Source: Parcubacteria group bacterium Gr01-1014_8 (GTDB lineage: Bacteria > Patescibacteriota > Minisyncoccia > Phycocordibacterales > UBA2100). From it: DNA of 64,000 bases. Shown one piece after another: positions 25,730-35,404 of this stretch. A program made the translations under genes and the position numbers. Numbering within the stretch: position 1 is the first letter of the stretch; every line of letters starts with the position of its first letter. A model generated the notes under the pieces. The model was not told the DNA's origin and ran no database searches. It saw only the letters and a program-made list of their open reading frames with translations. The DNA lies in the NCBI GenBank assembly GCA_007376385.1, contig VMGC01000005.1, positions 32,001 through 96,000 on the forward strand, in the 5' to 3' direction.

Positions 25730-28729
25730 ATGATAACGCGGGTTACGGTACGGGCGAAGAGAGAAGATGCTCGGGCCGATGGATACCTGCGAACTCTCAA
25801 AAATAGGTTTCCCAAGGTCAAACTGAAGGGCGTGGCTGTAACGGAGGCCTATACCATTGATGCCAAACTTTTGCCGAAGGAACTTGAAAAAATCGCGAAG
25901 GGTCTCGCAAATCCGATAATAGAAGAATATGCTACAAAGGGCGTATTAGCCCCCGAAACTTTTTCTGTAGCAGTAGAGATAGGATTCTTGCCGGGTGTTA
26001 CTGATAATGTCGGACACACGGTGAGGGAAATGATAGAGGATACGACAGGACGCAAATTTAAAGACGCCGCCGCCGTCTATACTTCGAGATTTTTGTTTCT
26101 TACGGGTTCGACAGCGACTGATGAAGCCGCAAGAATGGCGCGGGAATTTTATAACCCGCTTATCCAGCGCGCGTCGGTGCTTTCGTATTCTGAGTTTAAG
26201 AAAGGTGTACCGATCATAGTACCCAAGGTTGAACTGCACAGCACAGTAAAAACGGATGAGGTGAATTTAGAAGTCGATGACGATGAGTTGATGAGAATAG
26301 GCAAGGAGGGAATTGTGAACAAGGACAACACAAGACAAGGACCGCTCGCCCTCTCTCTTCGCGCGATGCACATCATTCGCGATTATTTTCGTACGATTGG
26401 CAGGGATCCAACTGACGTTGAACTCGAGGCACTCGCGCAGACATGGTCCGAACACTGCAAACACACGATCTTCGCCGACCCCCTGGATGAGATAGAGGAG
26501 GGAATTTACCGGCGATATATCAAAGGTGCAACGCAAAAGATACGGAAAGACAAGGGTAAGAAAGATTTCTGCGTGTCGGTATTCACCGATAACTCTGGCG
26601 GGATCGCTTTCGACGATAAATATCTCGTCACACACAAAGTCGAGACGCATAATTCGCCATCAGCTCTGGATCCATTCGGCGGCGCGATAACGGATATCGT
26701 TGGTGTGAATCGCGATTGTCTTGGGTTCGGATTAGGTGCAAAACCAATTGCAAACGTGTACGGATTTTGCGTTGCTGATCCGACTGACGAGACGCCTTAT
26801 TTTCGCGACAAAGAAAAAACACAACCGCTTCTCTCCAACCGACGAATTCTTGAAGGGATCGTTCAGGGCATCAATGCAGGTGGAAACCAGAGTGGTATTC
26901 CCACTCCTCTTGGTTTTGTTGCTGTTGACCCAAGCTTTCGCTCAAAACCTCTGGTGTATGGCGGAACGGTCGGACTTATTCCAAGAAAATCTCACGGGCG
27001 AAAGCTTCACGAAAAAGAAGCGCGCGCTGGCGATTACGTAGTGATGATAGGCGGGAAGGTTGGTCTCGACGGCATACACGGTGCCACATTTTCCTCGGAG
27101 GCCTTGGCGAAGGGTTCGCCTGCGACGGCCGTGCAGATAGGCGACCCCATTACGCAAAAGAAATTCTCCGACGCTATCGTACGAGAAGCGCGGGATGCAG
27201 GTCTTTTCAACAGCATTACCGATAACGGCGCAGGCGGACTCTCGTCGTCGGTGGGTGAGATGGCGAAAGACTCCGGTGGGTTTGTCGTCGACTTGGAAAA
27301 AGTCCCACTCAAATACCCAGGACTCTCTCCGTGGCAGATATGGATATCAGAATCGCAAGAGCGCATGACGCTCTCGGTACCGAAGTCGAAATGGAATGCG
27401 CTGAAGAAAATATTTGATAGGCACGGAGTGGACGCGTGGCGAATAGGCGAGTTCACAAAATCAGGTAAAGCAATTGTGAGGTGGAGGGGGACGAAGGTGA
27501 TGGATATGGATATGAAATTCCTTCATGACGGCCGTCCCATCGAGGAGCAGAAAAGCCAGCCAGTCTTGAGGACATTCGCGGAGCCGCTTCCTGAGGAGCG
27601 GCCGAAAGATCTAGGAAAGACGCTTGTCGAAATGCTCGCTCGGCCGTCTATTGGCAGTATCTCGTTTATCTCACAACAGTACGACCACGAAGTTCTCGCG
27701 ATGGCTGTTACAAAACCATTGCAAGGACGGGGGAGAGTGAATGCGGATTCGGGAGTAATCCAGCCGTTGCCTCACTCCAATCGCGGCGTGGTGCTCGCGC
27801 ATGGATATGCACCGTGGTATTCGAACATTGATACATATGCGATGGCAGCAGCTTCCATTGATGCGGCGATTCGAAATGCGGTTGCTGCAGGCGCATCGCT
27901 CGACCATTTGGCGATACTCGACAACTTTTGCTGGTCGAGTTCGAACGAGCCGGGGCGCTTATACGAATTGAAACGTGCAGCCGAGGCTTGCTACGACATT
28001 GCGGTTGCCTACGGCACGCCATATATATCAGGCAAGGATTCAATGTTCAATGATTTTCGAGGATATACGGAGAGTGACGTGCAGATCCACATCGCGGCGC
28101 TCCCGACGCTTCTTATTTCCGCTATCGGCGTGATTCCCGACGTCCGTAAGGCCGTCACGCTCGACGCAAAACAGCCGGGCGACCTTGTCTATCTTATCGG
28201 CGATACTAATGACGAACTCGGTGCATCCGAATATTTCACAATGCTCTCTGAACGTACATCGACCTACGAAGTCGATAGGGATGACCGACATACGATGTCG
28301 AACATTGGAAGCAATGTCCCGCGCGTGGACACGACGAAAAATATGAAAACATATAAAGCTCTTGAAAAAGCGATACAGAAAGGCCTTGTCGCATCAGCAA
28401 TCTCTGTTGGGCGCGGAGGACTTGCCGTCGCGCTCGCGAAAACTGCAATAGCAGGGAAGTTGGGAATAAACGCGGACCTGACGAAGTTGCTTGGCACTGC
28501 AGGAACGGATGACTCAAGACTGTTCTCGGAAAGCCAAGGGCGTGTTCTCGTGAGCGTAAACTCAAAGCTGAAGCGGGAATTCGAGAAATCATGTCAAGGT
28601 TCAACCTTGACATTAGTGGGCGAGGTGATGAAAAGGAATTCGCTCGAAGTAGACCTTTCGGAGAAGCGGCTGAATATTCCGCTCAAAATGCTCTCGGCAG
28701 CATATCAGAAGCCGTTCAAAAATTGGTGA
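25730..28729 (+). CDS. purL: Phosphoribosylformylglycinamidine synthase, PurS-PurL fusion (FGAM synthase II).
   Basis: 999 aa. PurL AIR-synthase-like repeats (HNSPSALDPFGGA, ISGKDSM) with an N-terminal PurS-like module. Confidence 0.85.
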   Translation: MITRVTVRAKREDARADGYLRTLKNRFPKVKLKGVAVTEAYTIDAKLLPKELEKIAKGLANPIIEEYATKGVLAPETFSVAVEIGFLPGVTDNVGHTVREMIEDTTGRKFKDAAAVYTSRFLFLTGSTATDEAARMAREFYNPLIQRASVLSYSEFKKGVPIIVPKVELHSTVKTDEVNLEVDDDELMRIGKEGIVNKDNTRQGPLALSLRAMHIIRDYFRTIGRDPTDVELEALAQTWSEHCKHTIFADPLDEIEEGIYRRYIKGATQKIRKDKGKKDFCVSVFTDNSGGIAFDDKYLVTHKVETHNSPSALDPFGGAITDIVGVNRDCLGFGLGAKPIANVYGFCVADPTDETPYFRDKEKTQPLLSNRRILEGIVQGINAGGNQSGIPTPLGFVAVDPSFRSKPLVYGGTVGLIPRKSHGRKLHEKEARAGDYVVMIGGKVGLDGIHGATFSSEALAKGSPATAVQIGDPITQKKFSDAIVREARDAGLFNSITDNGAGGLSSSVGEMAKDSGGFVVDLEKVPLKYPGLSPWQIWISESQERMTLSVPKSKWNALKKIFDRHGVDAWRIGEFTKSGKAIVRWRGTKVMDMDMKFLHDGRPIEEQKSQPVLRTFAEPLPEERPKDLGKTLVEMLARPSIGSISFISQQYDHEVLAMAVTKPLQGRGRVNADSGVIQPLPHSNRGVVLAHGYAPWYSNIDTYAMAAASIDAAIRNAVAAGASLDHLAILDNFCWSSSNEPGRLYELKRAAEACYDIAVAYGTPYISGKDSMFNDFRGYTESDVQIHIAALPTLLISAIGVIPDVRKAVTLDAKQPGDLVYLIGDTNDELGASEYFTMLSERTSTYEVDRDDRHTMSNIGSNVPRVDTTKNMKTYKALEKAIQKGLVASAISVGRGGLAVALAKTAIAGKLGINADLTKLLGTAGTDDSRLFSESQGRVLVSVNSKLKREFEKSCQGSTLTLVGEVMKRNSLEVDLSEKRLNIPLKMLSAAYQKPFKNW

Positions 28730-28730
28730 T

Positions 28731-29039
28731 ATGACTGACCATCAACGCACACCTCAGGATATCGGAAAATCAATTCGCAAGGCCCGCGAGGAACTAGAAC
28801 AGGTCTTGCAAAAGGAGGGAAATGCGCACGGAGGCCTTTTCATTGACCAGAAGGTTACAAAATGGCTAGAGAATATGAGGACAAAGCACGCAAACTTTGA
28901 GAAGGTAAAAGCGTACCACATCATGGACCGTAGAGGACCACCTCCGGACGCACTAATTGATGATTTTTCCGGCGAAGATTCGGTACTTAAGTTTTTTGAC
29001 AAAATTCTGGAAGATGATCGTTCCAGCAGAAAACCATGA
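28731..29039 (+). CDS. Hypothetical small protein intercalated between purL and purQ.
   Basis: 102 aa ORF, tightly coupled (2 nt after the purL stop; its own stop is 1 nt before the purQ ATG). No family recognised. Confidence 0.4.
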   Translation: MTDHQRTPQDIGKSIRKAREELEQVLQKEGNAHGGLFIDQKVTKWLENMRTKHANFEKVKAYHIMDRRGPPPDALIDDFSGEDSVLKFFDKILEDDRSSRKP

Positions 29040-29040
29040 T

Positions 29041-29811
29041 ATGAAAAAACCTAACGTACTTGTATTTTCAGGATATGGGCTCAATTGCGAGGAGGAGACG
29101 AAAGTTGCTTTTGAGATGGCGGGGGCAAAGGCTGACATTGTTCACATCAACGACCTCATCGCGAAGCCGTCAATTCTAAAGAATTATCAGATTGCGTCGA
29201 TTCCGGGCGGATTTGCATATGGTGATGATACGGGTGCAGGGAAAGCGTACGGAAACAGAGTAAAACAGCATTTGAGCAAAGAGCTTGAGGCCTTTCTTTC
29301 CCGCGACACGTTGATGATAGCAATTTGCAACGGGTTTCAAGTTGCAACCAGTGCAGGTATTTTGCCAGGAGCTCTGATCGCGAATGATTCTGCGCGGTAT
29401 ATCTGCCGGTGGGTTGATTTAGAGGTCAAAAGTAGTAGTCCATGGCTAAAAGGGATCTCACGACTCTCCGTTCCGATCGCGCATGGGGAAGGGAAATACT
29501 TTGCAGACAAGAAAACACTTGAAAGTTTGAAGAAAAACGGCGCGCTTGCGCTTCGATATACAAAAGGAGAAATATCGAAGCATTTTGATTTGCCGGCGAA
29601 TCCAAATGGTGCACTCATGGATATAGCCGGAGTAACGGCGCGCGATGGGCGAGTTCTCGGCCTCATGCCGCATCCAGAGCGAGGAGTTAGATTTACGCAA
29701 CTTCCGCACTGGACGTACCTAAAAGAGCAATATGTTCGCGCTGGTAAGAAATTGCCCGCAGATGGTCCAGGGATTCAGATATTCAAGAATGCCGTGAAAT
29801 ATTTTAGATAA
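29041..29811 (+). CDS. purQ: FGAM synthase glutamine amidotransferase subunit.
   Basis: MKKPNVLVFSGYGLNCEEE...; class-I glutamine amidotransferase Cys (IAICNGFQ) and His. Confidence 0.85.
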   Translation: MKKPNVLVFSGYGLNCEEETKVAFEMAGAKADIVHINDLIAKPSILKNYQIASIPGGFAYGDDTGAGKAYGNRVKQHLSKELEAFLSRDTLMIAICNGFQVATSAGILPGALIANDSARYICRWVDLEVKSSSPWLKGISRLSVPIAHGEGKYFADKKTLESLKKNGALALRYTKGEISKHFDLPANPNGALMDIAGVTARDGRVLGLMPHPERGVRFTQLPHWTYLKEQYVRAGKKLPADGPGIQIFKNAVKYFR

Positions 29812-29828
29812 GTTATGATGCTATCCAT

Positions 29829-30179
29829 ATGACGGACGGTAAACAAACACCTAACGCCGATCGTCGCAGTCTATCGCAACGACTCACTTTCGGGTTCTCG
29901 GATCTAAAGTTCTCAAGAACAATGTCTCATGAAAAAATGTGTGATCTCATCCGCTCGGAGTCGGAGAAAATACATGATGAACGAGCGAAATATCTGTACA
30001 TTGTTCGTTCTCTATTTGAGATCGGAGATGAACGGGGCAGAACGTTAAGCAATGAAGAACTTGCAATACTTGATAAAAGTATTAGAGGGGAACGCTTTAC
30101 AAAAGAAGAGGAAGACGTATTGTCTAAAAATGAGGCGGAATATATGAGCGATGCATTCGCAAGAACTAATACAATATGA
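29829..30179 (+). CDS. Hypothetical small protein intercalated between purQ and purE.
   Basis: 116 aa ORF overlapping the purE start. Begins MTDGKQTP, loosely like the other intercalated ORF (MTDHQRTP). Confidence 0.4.
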   Translation: MTDGKQTPNADRRSLSQRLTFGFSDLKFSRTMSHEKMCDLIRSESEKIHDERAKYLYIVRSLFEIGDERGRTLSNEELAILDKSIRGERFTKEEEDVLSKNEAEYMSDAFARTNTI

Positions 30180-30709
30180 CTAAAATGTTTGTCGGTATTC
30201 TCATGGGTTCGGATTCGGATCTGCCGGTCATGAAAGATGCGGCGGAGGTGCTGGAACAGCTGGGTGTTGCGTCTGAAGTGCACACGCTTTCGGCCCATCG
30301 AACACCAGAATCGGTTGTTGAATATGTTCAAAAGAGCGAAGCGGCAGGGTACAAAGTATTTATATGCGGCGCCGGAGGCGCCGCTCACCTTGCCGGCGTG
30401 GTTGCGGCTCACACCGCTTTGCCGGTCATCGGTGTTCCACTTATGAGTGCAAAAATGGGCGCGGCCGGCCTCGACGCGCTGTTCGCGACCGTTCAGATGC
30501 CTCCCGGAATTCCAGTAGCCACCGTAGGCATAAATGGGGCAAAAAATGCAGGTATCCTTGCGGCGCAGATAATCGGCGCGGGGGATGAGACCATTCGAAA
30601 GAATGTCATCGCGTATAAAGAAAAAATGGCGAAGGATATTGTCGCAAAGGACGAGAAACTTCAAGAGATGGGGTTCAAAAAATATCTTGAAGATGCCGGT
30701 CTCATATGA
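30176..30709 (+). CDS. purE: N5-carboxyaminoimidazole ribonucleotide mutase.
   Basis: VGILMGSDSDLPVM...GAGGAAHLAGVVAAHTALPVIGVP. Confidence 0.85.
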   Translation: MTKMFVGILMGSDSDLPVMKDAAEVLEQLGVASEVHTLSAHRTPESVVEYVQKSEAAGYKVFICGAGGAAHLAGVVAAHTALPVIGVPLMSAKMGAAGLDALFATVQMPPGIPVATVGINGAKNAGILAAQIIGAGDETIRKNVIAYKEKMAKDIVAKDEKLQEMGFKKYLEDAGLI

Positions 30710-31749
30710 GTGATCCAAGGTCATCATACTTAAGCGCGGGCGTAAACAGAGACACAGAGAATGAGACAAAAGAGGAGATGGCTTCCGCGCTCGAGACCAG
30801 CGACAAACGAGTGCTCAATAAGATAGGCGCATTCGCGAGTCTTTACGACGGGTCGTTTCCTGAATACAAACATCCAGTTTTGGTGCTGAAAACTGAAGAA
30901 CCCGGCACGAAACAGCTGCTCGCATTCAAGCATGGCAGCGTTGAATCTATCTGTCACGATCTGGTTAATCATCTCGTCAACGATTGCATCGTGATGGGCG
31001 CAAAGCCGCTCTCAATTCAAGATTGCATAGTGTGCGGCAAGGTTGAGAAACCCATCGTTCTACGCATGGTGAACGCGTTCGCAGAAGCCGCGAAAAACAA
31101 TGAATGTACATTAACGGGAGGTGAGACATCGTGGCAGCCAAAGGTGATCCCAGAAGGCACATACATTCTGACGGCGAGCATTGTTGGCGTTGTCGAGAAA
31201 GAACGCATCATCGATGGCTCAAAAATACAAGAGGGCGATACAGTATTAGCGCTCGCATCAAGCGGAGTGCATACCAATGGAATTTCGCTTGTGCGAAAAA
31301 TTCTGGAAGATTCGCCGGATATTTTGAACGAACAAGTTAACGGCAAGCCTTTCATCGATGCGGTGCTTACTCCTCATCGAGCCTACTACACGGCTCTTAA
31401 GGGTCTATTCCCGCGAGATGAACTCGTCGGATTGGCGCACATTACGGGCGGCGGGATTCAAGAGAATTTGAACAGGATACTTCCCGATGGGCTCAGTGCT
31501 CAAATTGAGCTTCCCAACATCCGTATTCTTCCAATATTTAAGACGTTGAAGAAATTTGGCACGCTCGAAGAGAGCGATATGCTTCGCACATTCAATATGG
31601 GAGTTGGCGTTACGGCAGTAGTAAGACCGGAGTTCGTATCCGACGCAATCGCACATTTGAAACGATCAGGAATCAGCGCCTACGAGATAGGCACGATAAA
31701 GGCGGGAAATGGGCATGTCGAATTTACAGGTGCTCTCAATTGGAGTTGA
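30706..31749 (+). CDS. purM: Phosphoribosylformylglycinamidine cyclo-ligase (AIR synthetase).
   Basis: SYLSAGVNRD N-terminus and PurM family motifs. Confidence 0.85.
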   Translation: MSDPRSSYLSAGVNRDTENETKEEMASALETSDKRVLNKIGAFASLYDGSFPEYKHPVLVLKTEEPGTKQLLAFKHGSVESICHDLVNHLVNDCIVMGAKPLSIQDCIVCGKVEKPIVLRMVNAFAEAAKNNECTLTGGETSWQPKVIPEGTYILTASIVGVVEKERIIDGSKIQEGDTVLALASSGVHTNGISLVRKILEDSPDILNEQVNGKPFIDAVLTPHRAYYTALKGLFPRDELVGLAHITGGGIQENLNRILPDGLSAQIELPNIRILPIFKTLKKFGTLEESDMLRTFNMGVGVTAVVRPEFVSDAIAHLKRSGISAYEIGTIKAGNGHVEFTGALNWS

Positions 31750-31750
31750 T

Positions 31751-32707
31751 ATGGCCGACGTGCTCAAAGAGACAAATTTTACATGGCTTGGAAAGAAAAA
31801 GGCCGGAAAGGTGCGCGATATTTATGACCAAGGAGACAAACTTATTTTAATAACGACGGACAGGCATTCATCCTTTGACCGCATCATCGCGCACATACCG
31901 TGGAAGGGACAGGTATTGAATCAGATAAGTGCGTGGTGGTTCGAGAAAACGAAAGACATCATATCGAACCACGTCATCAGCATTCCAGACCCGAATGTGA
32001 CAGTCGCGACGAACATGAAGATGGTGCCTGTCGAAGGTGTTGTTCGCGGATACCTGACGGGCGTTACTGATACGGCGATATGGACGCGATACTCACGTGG
32101 CGTGAGGGATTTTGGGGACGTCGTGCTGCCGGATAGGATGAAGAAAAACCAGAAACTGCCGCAGCCTATTTTTGACCCGACAACAAAGGAAGAGACGCAC
32201 GACAGGACGCTCACACCTGCTGAGATGATCGCAGAGGGGTTTATTACCGCGGGACTTTTTGAGAAAGTAAAAGAGAAGGCACTTGCGCTTTTTGCCCGTG
32301 GGCGGGAGCTTGCTGCAAAGAGCGGGCTCATTCTCGTTGACACAAAGTATGAATTTGGAACTGACGAAAAGGGAGAATTAGTTCTCATTGACGAAATACA
32401 TACCCCGGATTCGTCCCGCTATTGGTATTTAGAGTCGTATGAACAGCGTTTTGCGGAAGGTAAAGAGCCGGAGTATTTCGACAAAGAATTCTTGAGACTA
32501 TGGTTTAAAAATAACTGCGATCCGTACAAGGATGCGGTCTTGCCCGAAGCTCCTGATGAGTTAGTGCAGGAAATGTCTCGCAGGTATATTCAGATGTACG
32601 AGCAGATAACGGGCCTGAAATTTATTCCTGGCGATGTCCCGGTGGAAGCACGATTGGAGAAGAATCTGCAGCGATACCGAATTTATATATCATATTCCGA
32701 TTCGTAA
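31751..32707 (+). CDS. purC: SAICAR synthetase.
   Basis: GKVRDIY...LILITTDRHSSFD motif. Start ATG is 2 nt after the purM stop. Confidence 0.85.
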   Translation: MADVLKETNFTWLGKKKAGKVRDIYDQGDKLILITTDRHSSFDRIIAHIPWKGQVLNQISAWWFEKTKDIISNHVISIPDPNVTVATNMKMVPVEGVVRGYLTGVTDTAIWTRYSRGVRDFGDVVLPDRMKKNQKLPQPIFDPTTKEETHDRTLTPAEMIAEGFITAGLFEKVKEKALALFARGRELAAKSGLILVDTKYEFGTDEKGELVLIDEIHTPDSSRYWYLESYEQRFAEGKEPEYFDKEFLRLWFKNNCDPYKDAVLPEAPDELVQEMSRRYIQMYEQITGLKFIPGDVPVEARLEKNLQRYRIYISYSDS

Positions 32708-33792
32708 TAGGCCTGATAGTAACCTGAAGATGTTTCCCAGTACTCATATGTATCTTGAGGATACGTTGTTTGCTCAAGTTGGACAGAAGCTGGGTCCTGG
32801 CTCCACGGCATTTGACCGCACATGCCGCTATCAGGCCCGTATTCTCCGCACCAACTGTCGTCGGGGGCTAATGGCTCCGGCACCCTCCATTCCTCGGTCG
32901 GTTCATTTGGATCAATATATCCGTACGGGGGTTGATTTGGGTCATCACCAGGCACTTGATCGTCATCACCGCACCAATAGTCCCACATGCATGGGTCATG
33001 CACGTCTCCTTCCAGCTCGACTTCGTGAGCAGTGTCATAGCCACACCAATAGTCCCACCAGGAACACCCGTCTGTGTCTATGATGTCTTCTGTGTACACG
33101 TTGTCATGAAAATCGTCATATTCATCCCATTTGTCGTCGTAGTATATGGTCTCCTCAGAATAGGAGTTCTGCGCGCTATTTGAAGAATTTCCATAAAAAG
33201 GCGAGAACAGAGTATTTGCAACGGCAGGGAAATAGCCATACGGGAAAGTTTTTGCTGATACGTTTACATGTGTGGTCTGAACACATGGCACCCCAACACC
33301 TTGCGCGGTGAGCGTGTAGCTCATTGTTCTCGTCGGATTCACGGCGCGAGTGCCGCTTGGGGGAACACTCCCGAGATTCGTGATGAAGAGTTGCGATGCG
33401 TTCGATGAACCCCACGTGATTGTGGCGCTATGACCTTGTTCGATGTTCTGCGGCCACGCAGATATAAAACAGGATGGGCTACGAGCCATCACTGTGACCT
33501 CAGTGAAGCAAATGTGGTGGTCGGCACCTTTTCTGACGGTAAGCGCGAATTTTTTTGAGGCGGTGACTTGTACTGTTCTCCGGCCTGAAATAGGGACACT
33601 GCCGATGCCCTCAAGGGACGCGCTGGTTGCTCCGAACGAGGACCACGTCAGAGTTACGTTCTGTCCTGCCGCGACACGTTCAGGCGAAACTCGAATGGAA
33701 CAGCGGATATTGTCGCTGCTTTGCGCGGAGGCTGTAACTGGGAACAGCACCGCAACGAGTACACACAAAAGGGCGCGTCCAATAAACGCCAT
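32683..33792 (-). CDS. Secreted hypothetical protein with a signal peptide, Ig-like middle region and an acidic/aromatic C-terminal tail carrying repeated W-x-Y-W-C-G motifs.
   Basis: MAFIGRALLCVLVAVLFPVTASA signal peptide. C-terminal WWDYWCGYD, WDYWCGDDD, SWCGEYG and MCGQMPW repeats. Confidence 0.55.
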   Translation of the reverse strand: MAFIGRALLCVLVAVLFPVTASAQSSDNIRCSIRVSPERVAAGQNVTLTWSSFGATSASLEGIGSVPISGRRTVQVTASKKFALTVRKGADHHICFTEVTVMARSPSCFISAWPQNIEQGHSATITWGSSNASQLFITNLGSVPPSGTRAVNPTRTMSYTLTAQGVGVPCVQTTHVNVSAKTFPYGYFPAVANTLFSPFYGNSSNSAQNSYSEETIYYDDKWDEYDDFHDNVYTEDIIDTDGCSWWDYWCGYDTAHEVELEGDVHDPCMWDYWCGDDDQVPGDDPNQPPYGYIDPNEPTEEWRVPEPLAPDDSWCGEYGPDSGMCGQMPWSQDPASVQLEQTTYPQDTYEYWETSSGYYQAYYESEYDI

Positions 33793-33798
33793 GCAGAC

Positions 33799-33820
33799 AG
33801 TATACCCCTGAGATAAATCC
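33799..33820 (-). promoter_or_regulatory. Conserved motif, copy 6 (minus orientation); its TATACT is 6 nt before the ATG of the secreted W/C-rich protein.
   Basis: AGTATACCCCTGAGATAAATCC on the plus strand. Confidence 0.5.
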
Positions 33821-33862
33821 TTTAGGGCGAAGCACCACCCCTTCACTGTGGAGAAGTTTTCC

Positions 33863-33885
33863 AGTTAGCCCCGTGAGATAAAGCG
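33863..33885 (-). promoter_or_regulatory. Conserved motif, copy 7 (minus orientation, variant TTAGCCCCGTGAGATAA); divergent partner of copy 8.
   Basis: Core CCCCGTGAGATA conserved. Confidence 0.4.
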
Positions 33886-33949
33886 ATTAAATATTGCTAG
33901 TCGTGTCGAGATTGATAATATTGTTTGGGCGATGCAAACACTCGTTTTT

Positions 33950-33970
33950 TGTTATCTCATGGGGTAAAAT
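33950..33970 (+). promoter_or_regulatory. Conserved motif, copy 8 (plus orientation, ends TAAAAT), 33 nt upstream of purB.
   Basis: TGTTATCTCATGGGGTAAAAT. Confidence 0.5.
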
Positions 33971-34003
33971 GCTACATTAGATAGGAAACACACACGTTTT
34001 TAT

Positions 34004-35404
34004 ATGCCTCTTCACACATTGCAGGCGATAACGTCACTCGATGGTCGTTACCGCATGCTTGTTGAAGACTTGGCTACACACCTCAGCGAGTTTGCACTCC
34101 ACAAAAACAGACTCCGAGTTGAGTGCGAGTATCTGATCGCGCTTTCTGAGGAAAAGAAGGTAGGCGTGCGAAAGCTAACAGAAGAAGAAAAGAAGACGCT
34201 CCGTTCGATGGCGGAGAATTTTTCTCTCGAGGATGCCGCAATTGTGCAAAAAATAGAAAAAGAAGGAAGAAATGGTATTCCCGCGACAAATCACGACGTT
34301 AAAGCTGTAGAGTATTTTCTCAAATTGAAACTCGATGAGACCTCCCTCAAAGATGTGCGCGAGTGGGTTCACTTTGCGCTTACGTCTGAAGATATTAATT
34401 CGGTCGCGTACGGTCTGATGCTCCGAGGAGCGCTCGAGGACGTCATACTGATGACGCTCGACGACGTTAGAGGCGTTCTTGAGGATCTCGCGAATGAATA
34501 TGCTTCAACGCCAATGCTTGCGCGAACACACGGACAGCCGGCGTCGCCCACAACCTTCGGCAAGGAGATGCGTGTTTTTGAAAGGCGGCTGGAGAAGCAG
34601 TTGAAGGGTGTCGGCATAAGCCCCATCCTCGTAAAATTTGGCGGTGCTACAGGAAATTGGAATGCTCACTCTGTTGCCGTGCCCGATGTTGATTGGCATG
34701 AGTTTAGCAAAAGATTCATAGAGAGTTTTAATAAAGATTCAGCGGTGCCGCTCGGGCTTAATGATGCGACAACTCAGATTGAACCTCACGATACATACGC
34801 TGAGCTTTTCGATGCGATGCGCCGTATCAATGTCATTCTTATCGATCTATCGGAGGATATGTGGCGATACATAAGCGATGGATGGGTTACGCAGAAGCCG
34901 AATGAGGGAGAGATAGGCTCTTCCGCCATGCCGCATAAAGTAAATCCGATTGATTTTGAAAATGCGGAAGGGAATTTGGGAGTGGCGAACGCGTTGTTCA
35001 ATCACTTTTCGAATAAGCTCCCGATCTCCCGTTTACAGCGCGATCTTTCCGATTCGACTGTCGAGCGCGTTTTTGGTTCGGCATTTGCGCATTCGCTCGC
35101 GGCATACAAATCCTTGTTGAAGGGACTAGGAAAAATAAGCGTGAATAAAGATGCGCTCCAACAGGCACTCGACGCGCATCCCGAAGTTTTGTCGGAAGCG
35201 ATTCAGACGGTTCTTCGAAAAGAGGGAGTTGAAGTCCCATACGAAAAACTTAAAGAACTGACAAGAGGGAAGAAAGTGACCCTCTTAGATTTTGCTAAAT
35301 TTATTGCGGAACTGGACATTTCTGATGCGGTAAAGGAAAAGTTGAAACAACTGAGACCGCACAATTACACTGGATTGGCATCGAAGATCGCAAGGCAAAA
35401 ATAA
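34004..35404 (+). CDS. purB: Adenylosuccinate lyase.
   Basis: SLDGRYR..., SSAMPHKVNP fumarase/lyase signature. Confidence 0.9.
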   Translation: MPLHTLQAITSLDGRYRMLVEDLATHLSEFALHKNRLRVECEYLIALSEEKKVGVRKLTEEEKKTLRSMAENFSLEDAAIVQKIEKEGRNGIPATNHDVKAVEYFLKLKLDETSLKDVREWVHFALTSEDINSVAYGLMLRGALEDVILMTLDDVRGVLEDLANEYASTPMLARTHGQPASPTTFGKEMRVFERRLEKQLKGVGISPILVKFGGATGNWNAHSVAVPDVDWHEFSKRFIESFNKDSAVPLGLNDATTQIEPHDTYAELFDAMRRINVILIDLSEDMWRYISDGWVTQKPNEGEIGSSAMPHKVNPIDFENAEGNLGVANALFNHFSNKLPISRLQRDLSDSTVERVFGSAFAHSLAAYKSLLKGLGKISVNKDALQQALDAHPEVLSEAIQTVLRKEGVEVPYEKLKELTRGKKVTLLDFAKFIAELDISDAVKEKLKQLRPHNYTGLASKIARQK

